Origin: the human T2T-CHM13v2.0 reference genome, Homo sapiens
DNA length: 64,000 nt
Assembly: GCF_009914755.1 (NCBI RefSeq)
Contig: NC_060928.1
Reading direction: 5' to 3' (one strand)
The notes under the pieces were generated by a model. It was not told the DNA's origin. It saw nothing but the letters and a program-made list of their open reading frames with translations, and did no database searches. The position numbers and the translations under genes are program-made. Below, piece after piece: positions 16,767 through 32,042 of this stretch. Numbering within the stretch: position 1 is the stretch's first letter; every line of letters begins with the position of its first letter.

Positions 16767-16978
16767 CAGTGGTTCTCAACATGGAGATATAATAATGTCT
16801 GGACACATTTAGGGGCATTTATCTATTTTCTGAGTTCATTAGTGGATGAATACTTGCTTCTGGCATTTAATGGGAAGAAGTCAGGTATGTGGTGAAACAT
16901 CCTACAATGTACTGTCAACCTCCCCAGGAAAGAATTATCTGGCCAAAATTTCACTGGTACCAAAGTTAAGAAACCCTG
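16767..16978 (+). mobile_element. MER20 (hAT-Charlie non-autonomous DNA transposon)
   Basis: Termini cagtggttctcaac and gttaagaaaccctg, with internal aaacatcctacaatg and aaagaattatctggcc. Confidence 0.8.
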
Positions 16979-17413
16979 TTATATACCTATTGATGCCACT
17001 AGAAATTTTCTACTTTCACAATTATTTATATGGTATATCAGTAGAATGATCTGTTCATCTATCAATGTACCAGATAAAGAATTGTGAAAGTAGAAATTTA
17101 ACAGAAGTTAGCATATTTGGGGGCCTTCTTTTTGAACCAAAATAATACTTCAATTTAAGAAAATTAAAGTAATAAAATATTTTAGTCTTATTTATAAAAA
17201 TAAAAACAGAATATCTGACTATATAACACCACTAAATTATCTTTCACATAACCGATATAATTATTACAGGTGTTCTTATATACGCTTCCATAATTTCTCA
17301 GTATTCATGACAATATGCATGAAAAAGCACTTTGCCACTACTGTAATCAATGCCTCCATTTTCCCTACTAGTAAAACAAAAAATCAAAGATAGCTATATA
17401 AAAAACAGAAGTT

Positions 17414-17761
<348 letters not shown>

Positions 17762-19699
17762 TTAATTTCCCAATTACCAAATTTATTAAAAAGAGGGGAT
17801 TGGCAGTAATAGAGCATAGTCACTAAGTATCTTCTGTGCTATAATTACAGTAATTAAATTGTTCTGAACAGTATATATGCTTGTCGTAAATTGCAATGAA
17901 TACATGAGTATTGATCTTATTGTACAACTTAATTAAAACTTGTCTGGGAGAACCCACTAATGAATATAATTAGAGGAAATGTTTGATGCCACAGTTACTC
18001 TAGAAGACATTAGATATCAGAAATTTTATGAAAATTTTTTTCATTCTATTATTTATATTTTAAAATACAGTCATACCATTCAACTGAGAGACAGATTTCA
18101 AGGTGACTTTTCCCTGAGCCATTGTATAATTATGATTAAGATGGACATGTTGGTTGATATTGGTATTTTAATCAGTAATTAAGAAGGCTGATTATCCAGG
18201 AGAAATAACTTTAAAGGGGTCAATGAATATGTACTAAATTGCAAATTCCTAAAGTTAACGTATAGGGAAAAATACTAATACAGGAACTTTTTAATAAGGA
18301 AAAGTCACTTAACTGAATGCCCAACCAAATAACAGATTATGAAAGAAACTAATTCAAAATAGTCTTTAGTATGCTTTAATTGTATTACTACACATTAACA
18401 ATTTCAGTGCTTTATTGAACAGAGAAAAGCTTTTAGAAAATTCACTTTCAGAAAAAGCAGATTGCTAACTCATTATATTTGTTGAGATTCAAGGAGAGCA
18501 AAGAGCAAATAAATAAAATGGAATATGAATAAGAAGATTCCTAAATCCTCAACTTCACACATTCTAATAATTAAAGTTTAGCTTAGGTTAATAATACAAA
18601 TATGTTCTTCAATGATTATAACTTTCAAACATTCTAACTTGTTCTGTATCACTTTTACTCCACTACTTTATCCTTAACATCTTGCCAACTTAAGTCACTA
18701 TGAGCAGGAAAATGTATTAGATTCTCCAGGAAATAGACACATTGGAATGAAAGTGTTTTCAGACTTTGAAGAGTCAAAAGATAGATCAAGGACATGTGAT
18801 CCCACCATATACCATCAGTGGGCAAAGGCTTAAGAGAATGTGTGATCCTTGATGACATGAAGATAGACAATTAGAAGTCATATTCTTACTTATATTGTTT
18901 CTGTTTTTGCCATTATCTTCACATTAACAAACACAATTATAATGTCAGTTAAACCTCCGCTACAGTATGAAAAGAGAACAATTTGGGTTAGTAGCAGATT
19001 ATATGGCCTTCTCTTTCTCTAAAGGCATTGAGTCAAAGTCACATTGCATACAAGAGGCTTTTGATGGATGCTTGCTTATTGACTTTCATTTAACAATATC
19101 AGAAAAGCTACTGGATTCAATTATAACACACATTTAACTAATCTGTGGGAACAAACCCCAGATATACAGCTGTCCAGCCTCTCTCCATGGTCCCATTCAG
19201 CACAGATGTAATTTCTTGCTTTCAGGCTAAATTTTGTAGTTTGACAACTGCTGCAGGGAACAAAGAACAGTTTACAAAATGAGTGCAGAGAAAGAGGACA
19301 TGTGTTTCCCACTGGAAAACTAGATTTGTAAATTTGGGGAAAATTATGTTATAGGTTTAGAAGTGTTATGTAGATTTCTGGCATCCCTTGACTGGAAGGC
19401 AGGAAGCCATAGCCAACTGTATTTTCACAGACAATGAATGGAAGAGTATTTATTTTACAATTCTGAGCAATCCATATGCATAGTCTTTTTTAGAGAAAAG
19501 AAGAATGAATATGGGGAAATAACTTGGTGAATGCTTACTATATGTCAGGTGCTCTACAAGGCAATTTATGTATAAAGCAGTAACTGAGACCTTAGTAACA
19601 GACCATGAGCACTGCTTATTGTTTCCTGCAGCCAAGTCAGTCCTCTACTTAAGACCTAAACATCAGATCACTTTATTACAACCACCTATTTCCCTGGAC

Positions 19700-21360
<1,661 letters not shown>

Positions 21361-22649
21361 TGAACTTATTTCAATTCCAATTATGTGGTCCCACTATTGA
21401 TTCAGTTCTCTCCAGTGATCTGTGAAGGGGATCTGCAAAGGAAGGGAATTTAGGTAGAAAATATTAGTAAAGAAAACTCCTGACTGCCTTTGATGTTGCT
21501 GGGAATGGATGTATTTCCTGGAACTGATACAGTCATCGAGAGGAAATAAGTAGAATCAGCAGGGGAGCAAAGCTTTCAGATTAAGGTTGGCAGAGTGAAG
21601 GGATGGGAAGTATCTGGTTCCAAATTATATCATAGAGTTGTTAATCCATCTAAACTTGAAACTTGCCTCTCTCAGGAATTGCTTTTATGTGGGAAAAATC
21701 AATGTTGTTGCTTAATCCAGTAGGGAAGTTATTTGCTGTTATTTGAAGAGGAAGACATACTAACTGATACAACTTGTAAGTGGCAGAGCTTGAAGGCAAA
21801 CCTATGTCTCCGTTCCAGTGTCTATTCTCCTTCCATGATGTTAATACTTCCAAAAATTGTATTCACAGAATTCTAATGACATTTAAAAACTAGTCACTTA
21901 AATTTTCACATTATCTTTGAAATGATTCCTAAAAGAGATGACTTTTATTTTTCCTTTAGCTTAATATTATGCTTAATTGTTTACTGCAAATAATGAGTGC
22001 CTTTTTTATTTCAAAATATTTTCATCTTTATTTATTTTACCCCAAAGTATTTTTCATCACCACAAAGATGTTATAGACATTGCTCTTCAAAAGTTAAGCA
22101 GTAGAATATTCATACCATAAAGCATATGACTATGATGGAAGCAAAAATCAATCCGAAATGTATACCAAGTGTTTTGAATTGTTAATAGCCTAAAAAAGTG
22201 TAAACCCAGGGAGATGGCAGAAAAGAATTCAGAAACAGTATCCACTGGTTCGTCTGTACAAAGTGTTAAGGCAGAGCTCATACAGTAGTCTACTGACAGC
22301 TAAATTATGACTAATGAGCAGTCTGCTATATTCACAGAACATATTGCATGAAAAGAGCAACACCATATGGTTTTCGGTGGCTACCTTGTCAGGTATGCTA
22401 ACCAAACTTGTATAATCTTACATATTGTTTTTATTCTAAAAAGAAAAGCCAACATTAGATGATATAAGAAGCTTGAAAATCTTTACATCACAAAATACTT
22501 CACATAAAGCAGCTTAATTCCACCCTACTATGTATATAGATAATATGAGGCTGTTTCTTTCAAAAACAAAACATTGTCAAGTCCTCACTACTGGAAATAA
22601 ATGTGCATATTCACAATTCACTTTGGGAATGCTTCATTGCATAGAGAAT

Positions 22650-22960
22650 ACTCATTAGTTCTATGGTTCCAGTTCTGCTACTGTGTGACCTTGAGGAAAT
22701 AATTTTACTTTGAGGGCCTCAGTCCTCAGGTCTGTAACATCAGTGACTGAAACTAAAATTATATGTTTCTGTACTTAATATACATTATATCACTTAATCC
22801 TAACAATTGTCTTTTAGTATATTATTTTGCCCATTTTACAGATGAGGAAATGGAAGTTGAAAAACACTAATAGGGCAAGAGCCCAAGGTCCCAGAGCTAA
22901 TAAGCATATAGCTGAAATCTAAATCCAAGTATATCTAACTCCAAAGCTCTTTCTCTTGTA
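22650..22960. mobile_element. Two adjacent MIR remnants in opposite orientations
   Basis: ctgtgtgaccttgagg...ggcctcagt, followed by cccattttacagatgaggaaa...cccaaggtcccagagcta. Confidence 0.65.
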
Positions 22961-24173
22961 TCTATATCATACTCGCCCCAACGTTTGACTGGTGAAATAC
23001 AAAGGTTCACTCTTTTGAACCACTTAATCCTACATATCAATGAATTTTATGAGATCAGTTACTGAAAATCTTATGTTACAGAAGCCAGCATCACCATAAT
23101 GCTTCAATTTTATTGTATATCAGATGAAAATCTTCAGGCATATCAATCTAAATAGAACAGACATTAGGTTTTCCTGGAAAAATCACATTTTCTAATCAAA
23201 TTTTCAAAAATAAGTTACAAGATTCCAGAAAGCAAATGAGAAAGCAACAAAGTAATAATGAACCCTCTTTTCTTATTTTTTTATTTTGTTACTCACTTTG
23301 CTTTAAGCATGTTAATGGGGGCAAAATAGGATAGCATTTGTCCTAAACAGGCAAAAGGTACACTAAAAACTACTATATTAAAATAGAATTTAAAAAAATG
23401 TAAGCAAAGCTGATTCTTTGTTTTGAAGGGATGCTTACCTTAGTTCTTAATTACCCCTAATGCTTAAGTGAATTATACCAAACTTAAAAACAACCTATAT
23501 AATCATTAGCTTTCCAGACTTCAGGGGAGGATAAATGAGGATTACAGGAGACAGAAAGTCACACAAACTCATAGTCTCTATTTTAAAGTGATGGCACATA
23601 CCAAAAATAAACAAACAACTTGATGACCTAGTACTCCTGATGTAAAAGGAGAAGTGACCCAAATTTTTGCTGACATTCATGTCAGCCTTGCAGTTTAGTC
23701 AAAATTTAATATTAATGTAAACCCTACATAATGATTTTTATCTAAAATTTTTAAATCTTTGGTTAATGTTTTATCATTAAAAACTAGTCAAAATATAAAG
23801 TAACACAGACAAAAATACTAACAAAGTACAAATATTGTGCCAAATGATTTTAGGTGGCTGATCACAAACATTTTAGTACTCAGAACTAATTATCCATCTC
23901 AAAATAACTGGATTCATGATAGCAGGAAAATATTTTAAAATTAGTCTATTAAAATACAATGGTTTATATATCTTAACTGTATAAAATTGTTGTAGTATTA
24001 ATCACTTTTGTCTAGTTAGCCTAGTACATATAATCGATTTTTGGTCACAAAATGACTGCAGTAGTTGGCTATTTGTCCTTTCTCAAAGGTTACAAAGAAA
24101 ATAAAAAATAAAAGAAATAATGTAAAATAAAAGAAATAATTAAAATAAAAGTACTTTCATTTTTCTGTGATAT

Positions 24174-24700
24174 TGTGGCAGACGTTGTTTTATGCTTATT
24201 AATTACTCATATCCTTTTTCTTTCCTTAGTATCATAATATCAGTGATATGCTTCATATCAGACCATGGATCAGAGGGGTCTTAGCAAACAATGATAATCG
24301 TGCTGCTGTTATCTTAGGCTCCCTTGAATCTGGTAGCCTTGTTACATAGGTCTGGCAATGAGATATGGACAGCAATCTGCTTGCCAATTTCTGGGAAAGT
24401 TTTGTTGTTTAAACTAAAGGAATAATGCTGCTGACATGGCTATCGGTGCTTCTCTTTCCCTTTTTCTTATTCTGAATTGGTTGTGATACTGGCAGATGCA
24501 TTAGCATTCTTGCAACCATAACACCATGAACATGAGAGTAAGGCCAAGAAAAACACAGACTTCTGTCTTCACAGAACCCAAGCCACCAGACATCTACCCT
24601 CCAACTTCTTTCTTGAAAAAAAAAAAAACAAAACTATTTTTAAGCCGCTGTTGGATAGTTTTTTCTATTTGTAACCTAATATAGTTCTACAGATAATATA
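24174..24700 (+). mobile_element. MLT1-type MaLR LTR
   Basis: Starts tgtggcagac and ends ttttaagccgctg...tttgtaacc, a typical MLT1 3' signature. Confidence 0.55.
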
Positions 24701-25999
24701 TACACAACGGACGAGAAAGTCCAACTTACTGCCTTAACTTTTGTTCAAGTTCCATAGAATATAACACCTACAATGAGGGTTCATTCATTAAACAAATATT
24801 TATTGAGTATCTACTTAACTGCCAAGAATTGTTCTAAGCCTTGGGGATAGATACATCAGTAAATAAAACAGGAAGTATCTTGATTATCATTCAGTCTTCT
24901 AATAGCATGGCCCTGAGAATAGAAACTCCTTTGAATTTATATTACCTGTGAAGTCATCCATCTGAATCTCCTAAATCAGACTCTCAGGATGTAACTATCT
25001 AAGTTAACATTTAGCATTTACAGATACATATATATTTATTTATTTTTAATATATATTTATTTATACATAAATATATAAATGTATAAATATATTTTTATAT
25101 ATAACTATCTAAATTATAGTTATCTATCTAAATTATAATGTCTAATTTAGATAGTTTCATTCTGTTATAAATCCTAAATTAGATAGGATATAACTATCTA
25201 AACTAACATTTACCATTATGGATATATATGTATTTTAATATATATTTATTTATATATATTAAATATATATAAATATACATTTATTTTTATATGTATGTAT
25301 ATAAGCTTTGATATATGTATATCTATCAAAGCATATACCTTGAGGATCAGTTTTTTCAAATCAGTGGTTATGTCATTGAATATGCATCAAATCATACTTA
25401 GAATTCATTTTTCTTTTGCACAGTGTTACTTGCTTTTATAATTCTCTAACACCTTGTATTTCCTTAATGTACATAGTGTTACCTGATAATCATCTATATC
25501 CCCTTTATCCTTAGAACACTTTCATATTCTCTTTTATTAACAATGGAAACCATTTATATAGCATTTTCTAAGCATGAGTCATATGTTAAGTGATATATAC
25601 ATGTGAGTAAATATACACTGTTTTTTTGAAGTGTGGTATTTCTATCACCCACATTCAAATCACCAGAAGTACTTTTTTTAAAACTATAAATCCATTGGCT
25701 CTTTCTAAAAGTACAAAATCAGGACATTAGGTAGAGACGAAAATGCAAGCAACTGCATTTTAGAAGTTCCCGCACAACTACCAACCCAAGTAATTCTTAT
25801 GTTCACTTAACTAGAGTTAGAAGTGAGCCAGCTATGCCTTGGCTCAATGAGGTGAATCTACCTATTACACAGCTGTATTTTGTAGCAATGTCAAATTGCA
25901 ATAATAGTCTCTAAATCTAACTCTCAATCTTTATATTGATATAATTGCAAACTAGTTCCAGTGTCAGTACACATCTCACTTTAAGTACTTCCGTTCTAA

Positions 26000-26205
26000 G
26001 CAAGGGTTCTTTAACAAGGATAAAGATCAGAATTATCTATGGGGGTTCTAAAACTACAGATTTCCAAGTTGCAGAAGTATAGATTTCCAAAGAATTTGCT
26101 TTCATCAATTTTGATTCCATAAGTTTAGGTGGGTCCAGACACAGCATAATTAACAATATTCTGAGGTTGGCTCTAATGAGCACCTCTGCATTAGGGACCA
26201 TTGGT
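26000..26205. mobile_element. MER5-like DNA transposon remnant
   Basis: caagggttct...cagaattatct...gattccataagtttagg...gggaccattggtttaaa. Confidence 0.5.
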
Positions 26206-26994
26206 TTAAAGTAAACTTCACCAGATATTATAATTTCTGTTTTAGGCAGATTTATAGAAAGTTACAAGTCAGGATTATATCACATTGATCTTCCATACAA
26301 CATTCCTTTTATATTTTAACACAGTAGTTTTTAAACTGAGCTCAGAATGGCCTGGAGATCCTAAAAAGATGTCTCAGAAGTACAAGCATATGGAGGGAAA
26401 AGGGAGACAAGAAAACAGCCAGGAAGCCCAATAATTCTTTTGTTACCTGATTTAGGTATTAGGTTTCCACAGTGATTTCTTTTGAACTTGCTGCTGCTGC
26501 TGCTTAAAAAAAAAAAAAAAAAAAAAGTCCCTAAAACCACTGCTAGCTTTATGTCTATGGCTTTCCACAATGACTCATACAAGAATCCATCAGATAATCA
26601 GTGAAAATTAAAAATATTATTCATGGCATCCTTCAAACAAAAACACCACTGGGGTTCTCTCAAACCCCAGAGTTGGAAAAAAAAAATGTCAGTTACCTGA
26701 TGAACTGACAGGTTTTCTACCAGGAAGTGAGAACTGTGTAACTGAAAGCTTATGCTTAATTTTTCTATATAATTGCTTTAGCATTGATGATAGTGAGATT
26801 TTCTTGATACGAGTTTTCCATATGCATATTTCCACATTCCATATGCATGTTTTCTTGTGCATATATTTATATTATTTTTATATCTTCATTTATTTTCTCA
26901 TGAAGCATACTATTTATATGTAGTATACTACATTTACATGTAGCATTTTATATATATATTATATATATATAATATATATATAATAATGTGATTG

Positions 26995-27165
26995 TTTATT
27001 TTTGAGAAAGGGTCTCCCTCTGTTGCCCAAGCTGAAGTGAAGAGGAGTGATCAGGGCTCACTGAAGCCTCAACCTCCCAGGGCTCAGGTTATTTTACCAC
27101 CTCAGTCACCTAGGTAGCTGGGACTACAGGTGCACGCCACCATGTCCGGCTAATTTTTTGTATAT
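26995..27165 (-). mobile_element. Old Alu monomer/AluJ fragment
   Basis: gagaaagggtctccctctgttgccc...gtagctgggactacaggtg. Confidence 0.85.
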
Positions 27166-28949
27166 TGTGTGGTAATAGTCTCCATAGCATTTATAATTTT
27201 AACCCTCCCATCTAGAGGAAAATTTAATTCAAAGAACTTTTATAGATTAGGAGAATCTAATATTAACCCTGTGATATTTTGGATAGATTTGATATTATTT
27301 TAGAGTAAATGAAAACGTGTGTGTGTGTTTTTTTTTTTTCTGGAGAAATAGTTCATTTAAAACGCTAACCAGATGCTGACCAAACTGTATTTAAAAAGTC
27401 TTTATCACACATTTTAAACTTTCTTCCACGTAAATCTATCTTAAAATGCTATTCTGTTCACATAATTAATAACAACAATGTTTCTGCTGTTTTCTCTCCA
27501 ATATTAAGAATTCTTGCCAGCTTGTAAATCTAAAGTACTTCATAAAATAAGTGACAGTCAAAATAATCCAAGAAATCTATAACAAATGAAAGAGTAAATC
27601 CTTCTGCCCCCCAAGAAATTTAAACCATTTAGAAACACATGTTTTATATTAATTGTTTTTCTGGAGGTAAAATTAAGACATGCTTAAGGCAAAAAAAATT
27701 TATGTTATGTTGGCTGATAGCTGTTCAAGTGATATGAATTCTGAGAATTTATCATAAGAAAGCAGAGGTCTTGGGAAAGCTGTAGTTGATTAAATTACAA
27801 AGAGATAGTGACCACAGGATGTCTATGAATTGTTTTCTAGCAGCTTGCTAATCTCAGTAGAACTTTCTTCTCATTATACGTCTAGCAAATCTAAAATACA
27901 GTATTCTACTAACAAATTTCTTGGAATTAACTCGCTTTGGTTGGCAAATCATAGAATCTTTTAGTTGGTAACTTTTCAGTTTAAGAAAGACTGCAATACC
28001 AGAGATTCTGAACTCTATTGGTTATGGATTTATGAAAAGAGCTATGTTGGCTTCACCAGCAATACAGTAATGAGGTAAGACTTGGTGTACTTAACAGCAG
28101 TGACTTTAAAGAAACAAATAAGTTACTTAATAATATTCGTTCACTAAACACAAATGTATAGATTATAACATACTTCACTGATATTCCATATGGAATAGCG
28201 AGCACTGGAGGTGGCACTCAATGAGTTTACAGACAGGCAAGCTTTCTTCATATTGATACATTTGGTATATGCAAAAAAAAAAAAAAAAAAGATATTTTAC
28301 TGCCAGTTTTTGTGGAACTAACTTGCTTTCTTTAGAAAATCATACTATTTCAGTGGCCATTCTCAGTTCAGAAGAGAGCTTTTTTTTCTAGTCAACCTTT
28401 ACTTTTTACAGGGATCTCTATTTCCAGCAAAGATCAGAAATGTACAGACAAGCAAAAACACAATTCCATCTCAGTATGATAGGCAACACCTAGAATAAAA
28501 ATGGGCACACAATCCTGGGAAAATCTTGTACAGACCTAGGCATAAATATCAAATTATTTAGTGAAGAAAAGAGGTGAGTGTTTCTGACTGAGCTCATAGG
28601 ATCCTATTGCACTAAGAGCAGTTCTTCACCGCAGGAGCTTGGAGTGCAGGGAAGGGGAACAGGCAGGAGAGGTGGGCCAGAAACAAAATACTGAGAACTT
28701 TGTACTCAGGCTCAAGTAGTTAGGTTTTATCCTGAGGGCACTGGAGGACTATTGAAAGGTTTTAACCTGGGAGTAAATAAGGGCTGCTTGAGCTATTGAG
28801 CTGAAGTCAAGTGTTTTTCTTCTGGCATTTCCACTTGCAATGAATATTAGACAGTACTCACTGACTAATGTAAAAAAGTAGACCTTGCTCAATGTCAGAG
28901 TGCCAACCCACACTGTTTTAATACATGTAATACTTAACATATATATTAT

Positions 28950-29150
28950 TTACTATATGCTAGAACTTTTATGGAGCACATTATTAATAATAATTCAATC
29001 TTTTCAATTCTAAGCCATATTGTTATAATAATCCCATTTCACAGACAAGAAAACAGAGGCACAGAGAGGTTTACTAGCTTGCCCAAGTCACACAGCTCTA
29101 AGTAGTTGAGCCAGGTTCCTGAGCCCGTGTTTTTACAATTTTGCTATACC
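28950..29150 (-). mobile_element. MIR
   Basis: atcccatttcacagacaagaaaacagaggcacagagaggt...gcccaagtcacacagct. Confidence 0.75.
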
Positions 29151-31994
29151 TCAGCTAAAATGTTGCACTGATTCTTCAGTAATAAGAAATTGGCTTTGAT
29201 ACTAGTTCTAATTTTTTAATAGATCAAACTCTCGTTTCAGCTCCCTAATTTATAACATTGAGCTTCTCTAATCTATTCTACAGGCTCTATTATGAGATTC
29301 ATGTGGAATACCATTTTTCATAATATATGCTACAAAATATTGATTATAAAATATTTAATATAACCTTGTATGTAAAGGAGGAAAAAAGCATCCAAAGGGT
29401 TGGCTTGGACAGGAGATGAAAGGTGAGTACATTTTCCAGGAAACCTTTCTGTCTTCTCTCTTGTTATAAAAAGTAGTGCTGCCCAAAATAATATAATCTA
29501 TCATGAGTTAGAATAAAACTATTTTAAAAACTCTCCTCTATTTTTAACAGAGCAAGAGGTAGTGATCAGCAATAGATAGCACTTCTTAAACAATTTATTA
29601 ATAGGATTTTGGGTATGCATGCCGAGATATAGAGTGTCTGGTCTGGGCTAGAGACTGGGAACTGGATTGTTTATACACTAGAGTAACAGAAAAAAAAAAA
29701 AAAAAAAAAAAAACAGGAAAGGTAAAGCATAGATGCCGTGAATTGGAAAGAGGAAAATATGTGGGAACAGTTCTCCCCTTGTGCCAGTGGGGATCTGGAC
29801 AATGAAGAGAGAAGATGTTAATACGAGTTAAATTAGTGTGTAAGAGTATGATGACCAGCAGCTGATCAAGCGTTTAATGAGAGGGAAAAAATTATAGCTA
29901 TGACTAAGTATGAGAGGAAATATCTCCAAGACATCACATACATTTTTTAAGACTTGTTTTGAGGAAAATAAATTAATACATACGTAAACCACTTAGAACA
30001 ATGTCCCCCACCCAGTAAGTCAATAATAAATGTTAGTTATGATTACTTTATACACATGTGTGCATTTGTGAGCCTGCAAGCACACGCATACATTTTAAAA
30101 GTGGATCTAAATATAATACATTCCAAATTTATTTTACCTGTTTATGCTCACCTAAGTAAAAAAGCTAAGCCTTATAAAATTACATTAATACCTTTTGAAA
30201 ATATAAAAATTCAATTATATTTCCAGGTAATATTTTTAACTGTGCAAATAATAGAACAGATAAGACATCTACATATTTCAAACTAAAGGTAGAGGTGTCG
30301 ACTTACAATATTAGTAATTTCTAAGAATCTAATTCTTCCAACTGTCCACTTTCAGCAGCATTTCTCATGCCCTTTTAATGAATTTCTATACAAACTCTAC
30401 ATATATATGACATTTTATACATATACGTGTGTGTGTATTTAAAAGTGAAACTGATAACATACTATTATTATAGGACTAAATATTCAAAATATTTGAACAT
30501 ATTTCTTGATATGATTTGTGGCAAAATTTTTTAAAAAAATTCTGCCCTCTACCAGTCTACCTGAGGGCAAATGAGGTAAAATACAACATTTACAACCCAT
30601 GACCTTGTACTGATGGTTTCCATTTATTTCCTAATCAAATTCCAATATTCGATATTAAATAATGGGGAAAACCAACAGAAAATCAAGATAATGTCATGTG
30701 GTTGGTTTTCACCTTGGATAGCTCTATACAAAATGTGCATATGAATTCCTTTTCTCAGATTGTTTTCCAAGCCTAGATTCCTTTTAATCGTACAGTGTCA
30801 GGAAGATGACGATCTGTGAGTGTGAAATCATACCTCAAATATTCTATATGTAGTAATAGGAGAAAGGGAGGAAAGATAGGGACTAACATTTTGGTGTACC
30901 CACTTGGCTTTAGGAAACCTACTAGGCTACATAGGTACATTATTATTTTATTTTCACAGCAACCTTTTGGATGTACCTTTACATCTTCATTTTAACTGTG
31001 TGGAATCTGAGGTGGATGGTTCAAGACCATACCACTGTCTAAGACCATGGTTGAGCTGGGTTCCTGGTCTCTACATCTCCCCATTCTGAGCTACCCCACA
31101 GCAGGCATAATTATCATGAAGTTAATAAAAATTAAGATACAGGACCCTCAAGGACATGGGCCACTTGAGGCATGAGCAAAGTGTTCATAAAATCCATATT
31201 TCTGTTAAACTTGCAAAGTAGAATATTTTTCTACTCCGTTTCTTAATGGAATTCCCTCACATAACATAATCTTTTATTCTTACCCTTACCCAGCAAACAA
31301 AGAGTAACACACAGAGACCATGTAGGGCATTTATTCAGTTATATTCCCAGGCTTCCTCTGCTCCTCTACAACCTATATTTGTGTATTGCTCTAATAATTA
31401 GAAAATGGTTTTATTTCATTTGTTTTCCATAGCAATTATATGAAGTAGGCAGTACCATTATTGCCGTAATACAGATAATTGAGTTGAAGTTTAAAATAAA
31501 TATATAAGGGCCAAATAATTTAGAGTTAGTAAGTGTTAGAGACTAGCACAAACAAAAACTAAAACCATGTTTGTTTTTTAATTCAAAACAGATTTTCTTA
31601 ACTGTTTTTGTTTGTATGCTTTTGTTGTTGTTGTTGTTGATCTGTCTGTACTTCCACTGTGACTAATTCTTTCCCTACTTTGTTTCACAAGTTTAAATCA
31701 AAAACAATGACTTCAAATCTGCATGATTAAGGTAATTTTGTTGTTGTTATTGTTGCCTTCCCTCTTTCTAGAGAAATCAAATACCATGGTTCGAAACTAG
31801 GTGTGGTTAAAATCCTTCAAACACAGCAGTTTTCAAGTATCTTCTACCTCAGAAGTCTGGCTGTATCCCCCTTCTTAGGACACCCAGTATGGCATTACTA
31901 CACTGACTAGAGAAAAACTCTTAAGTGAGATGACAGTGCATTGTCATCTTCCATGAGACTGGGCAGTCAGCCTCACCTTTTCTGCTAGTACACA

Positions 31995-32042
31995 TGGTGA
32001 AAGCTTTGGGTGAAGCTTTGGGTGAAAGCTTTGGGTGAAAGC
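31995..32042. repeat. 14-bp tandem repeat (TGGGTGAAAGCTTT), ~3.5 copies
   Basis: Directly visible in the sequence. Confidence 0.9.

Noticed and set aside
29690-29713. Isolated poly(A) run as a tail-only retroinsertion
   Set aside because: There is no element body and only a weak flanking repeat (aacag), so it cannot be told apart from a homopolymer expansion.
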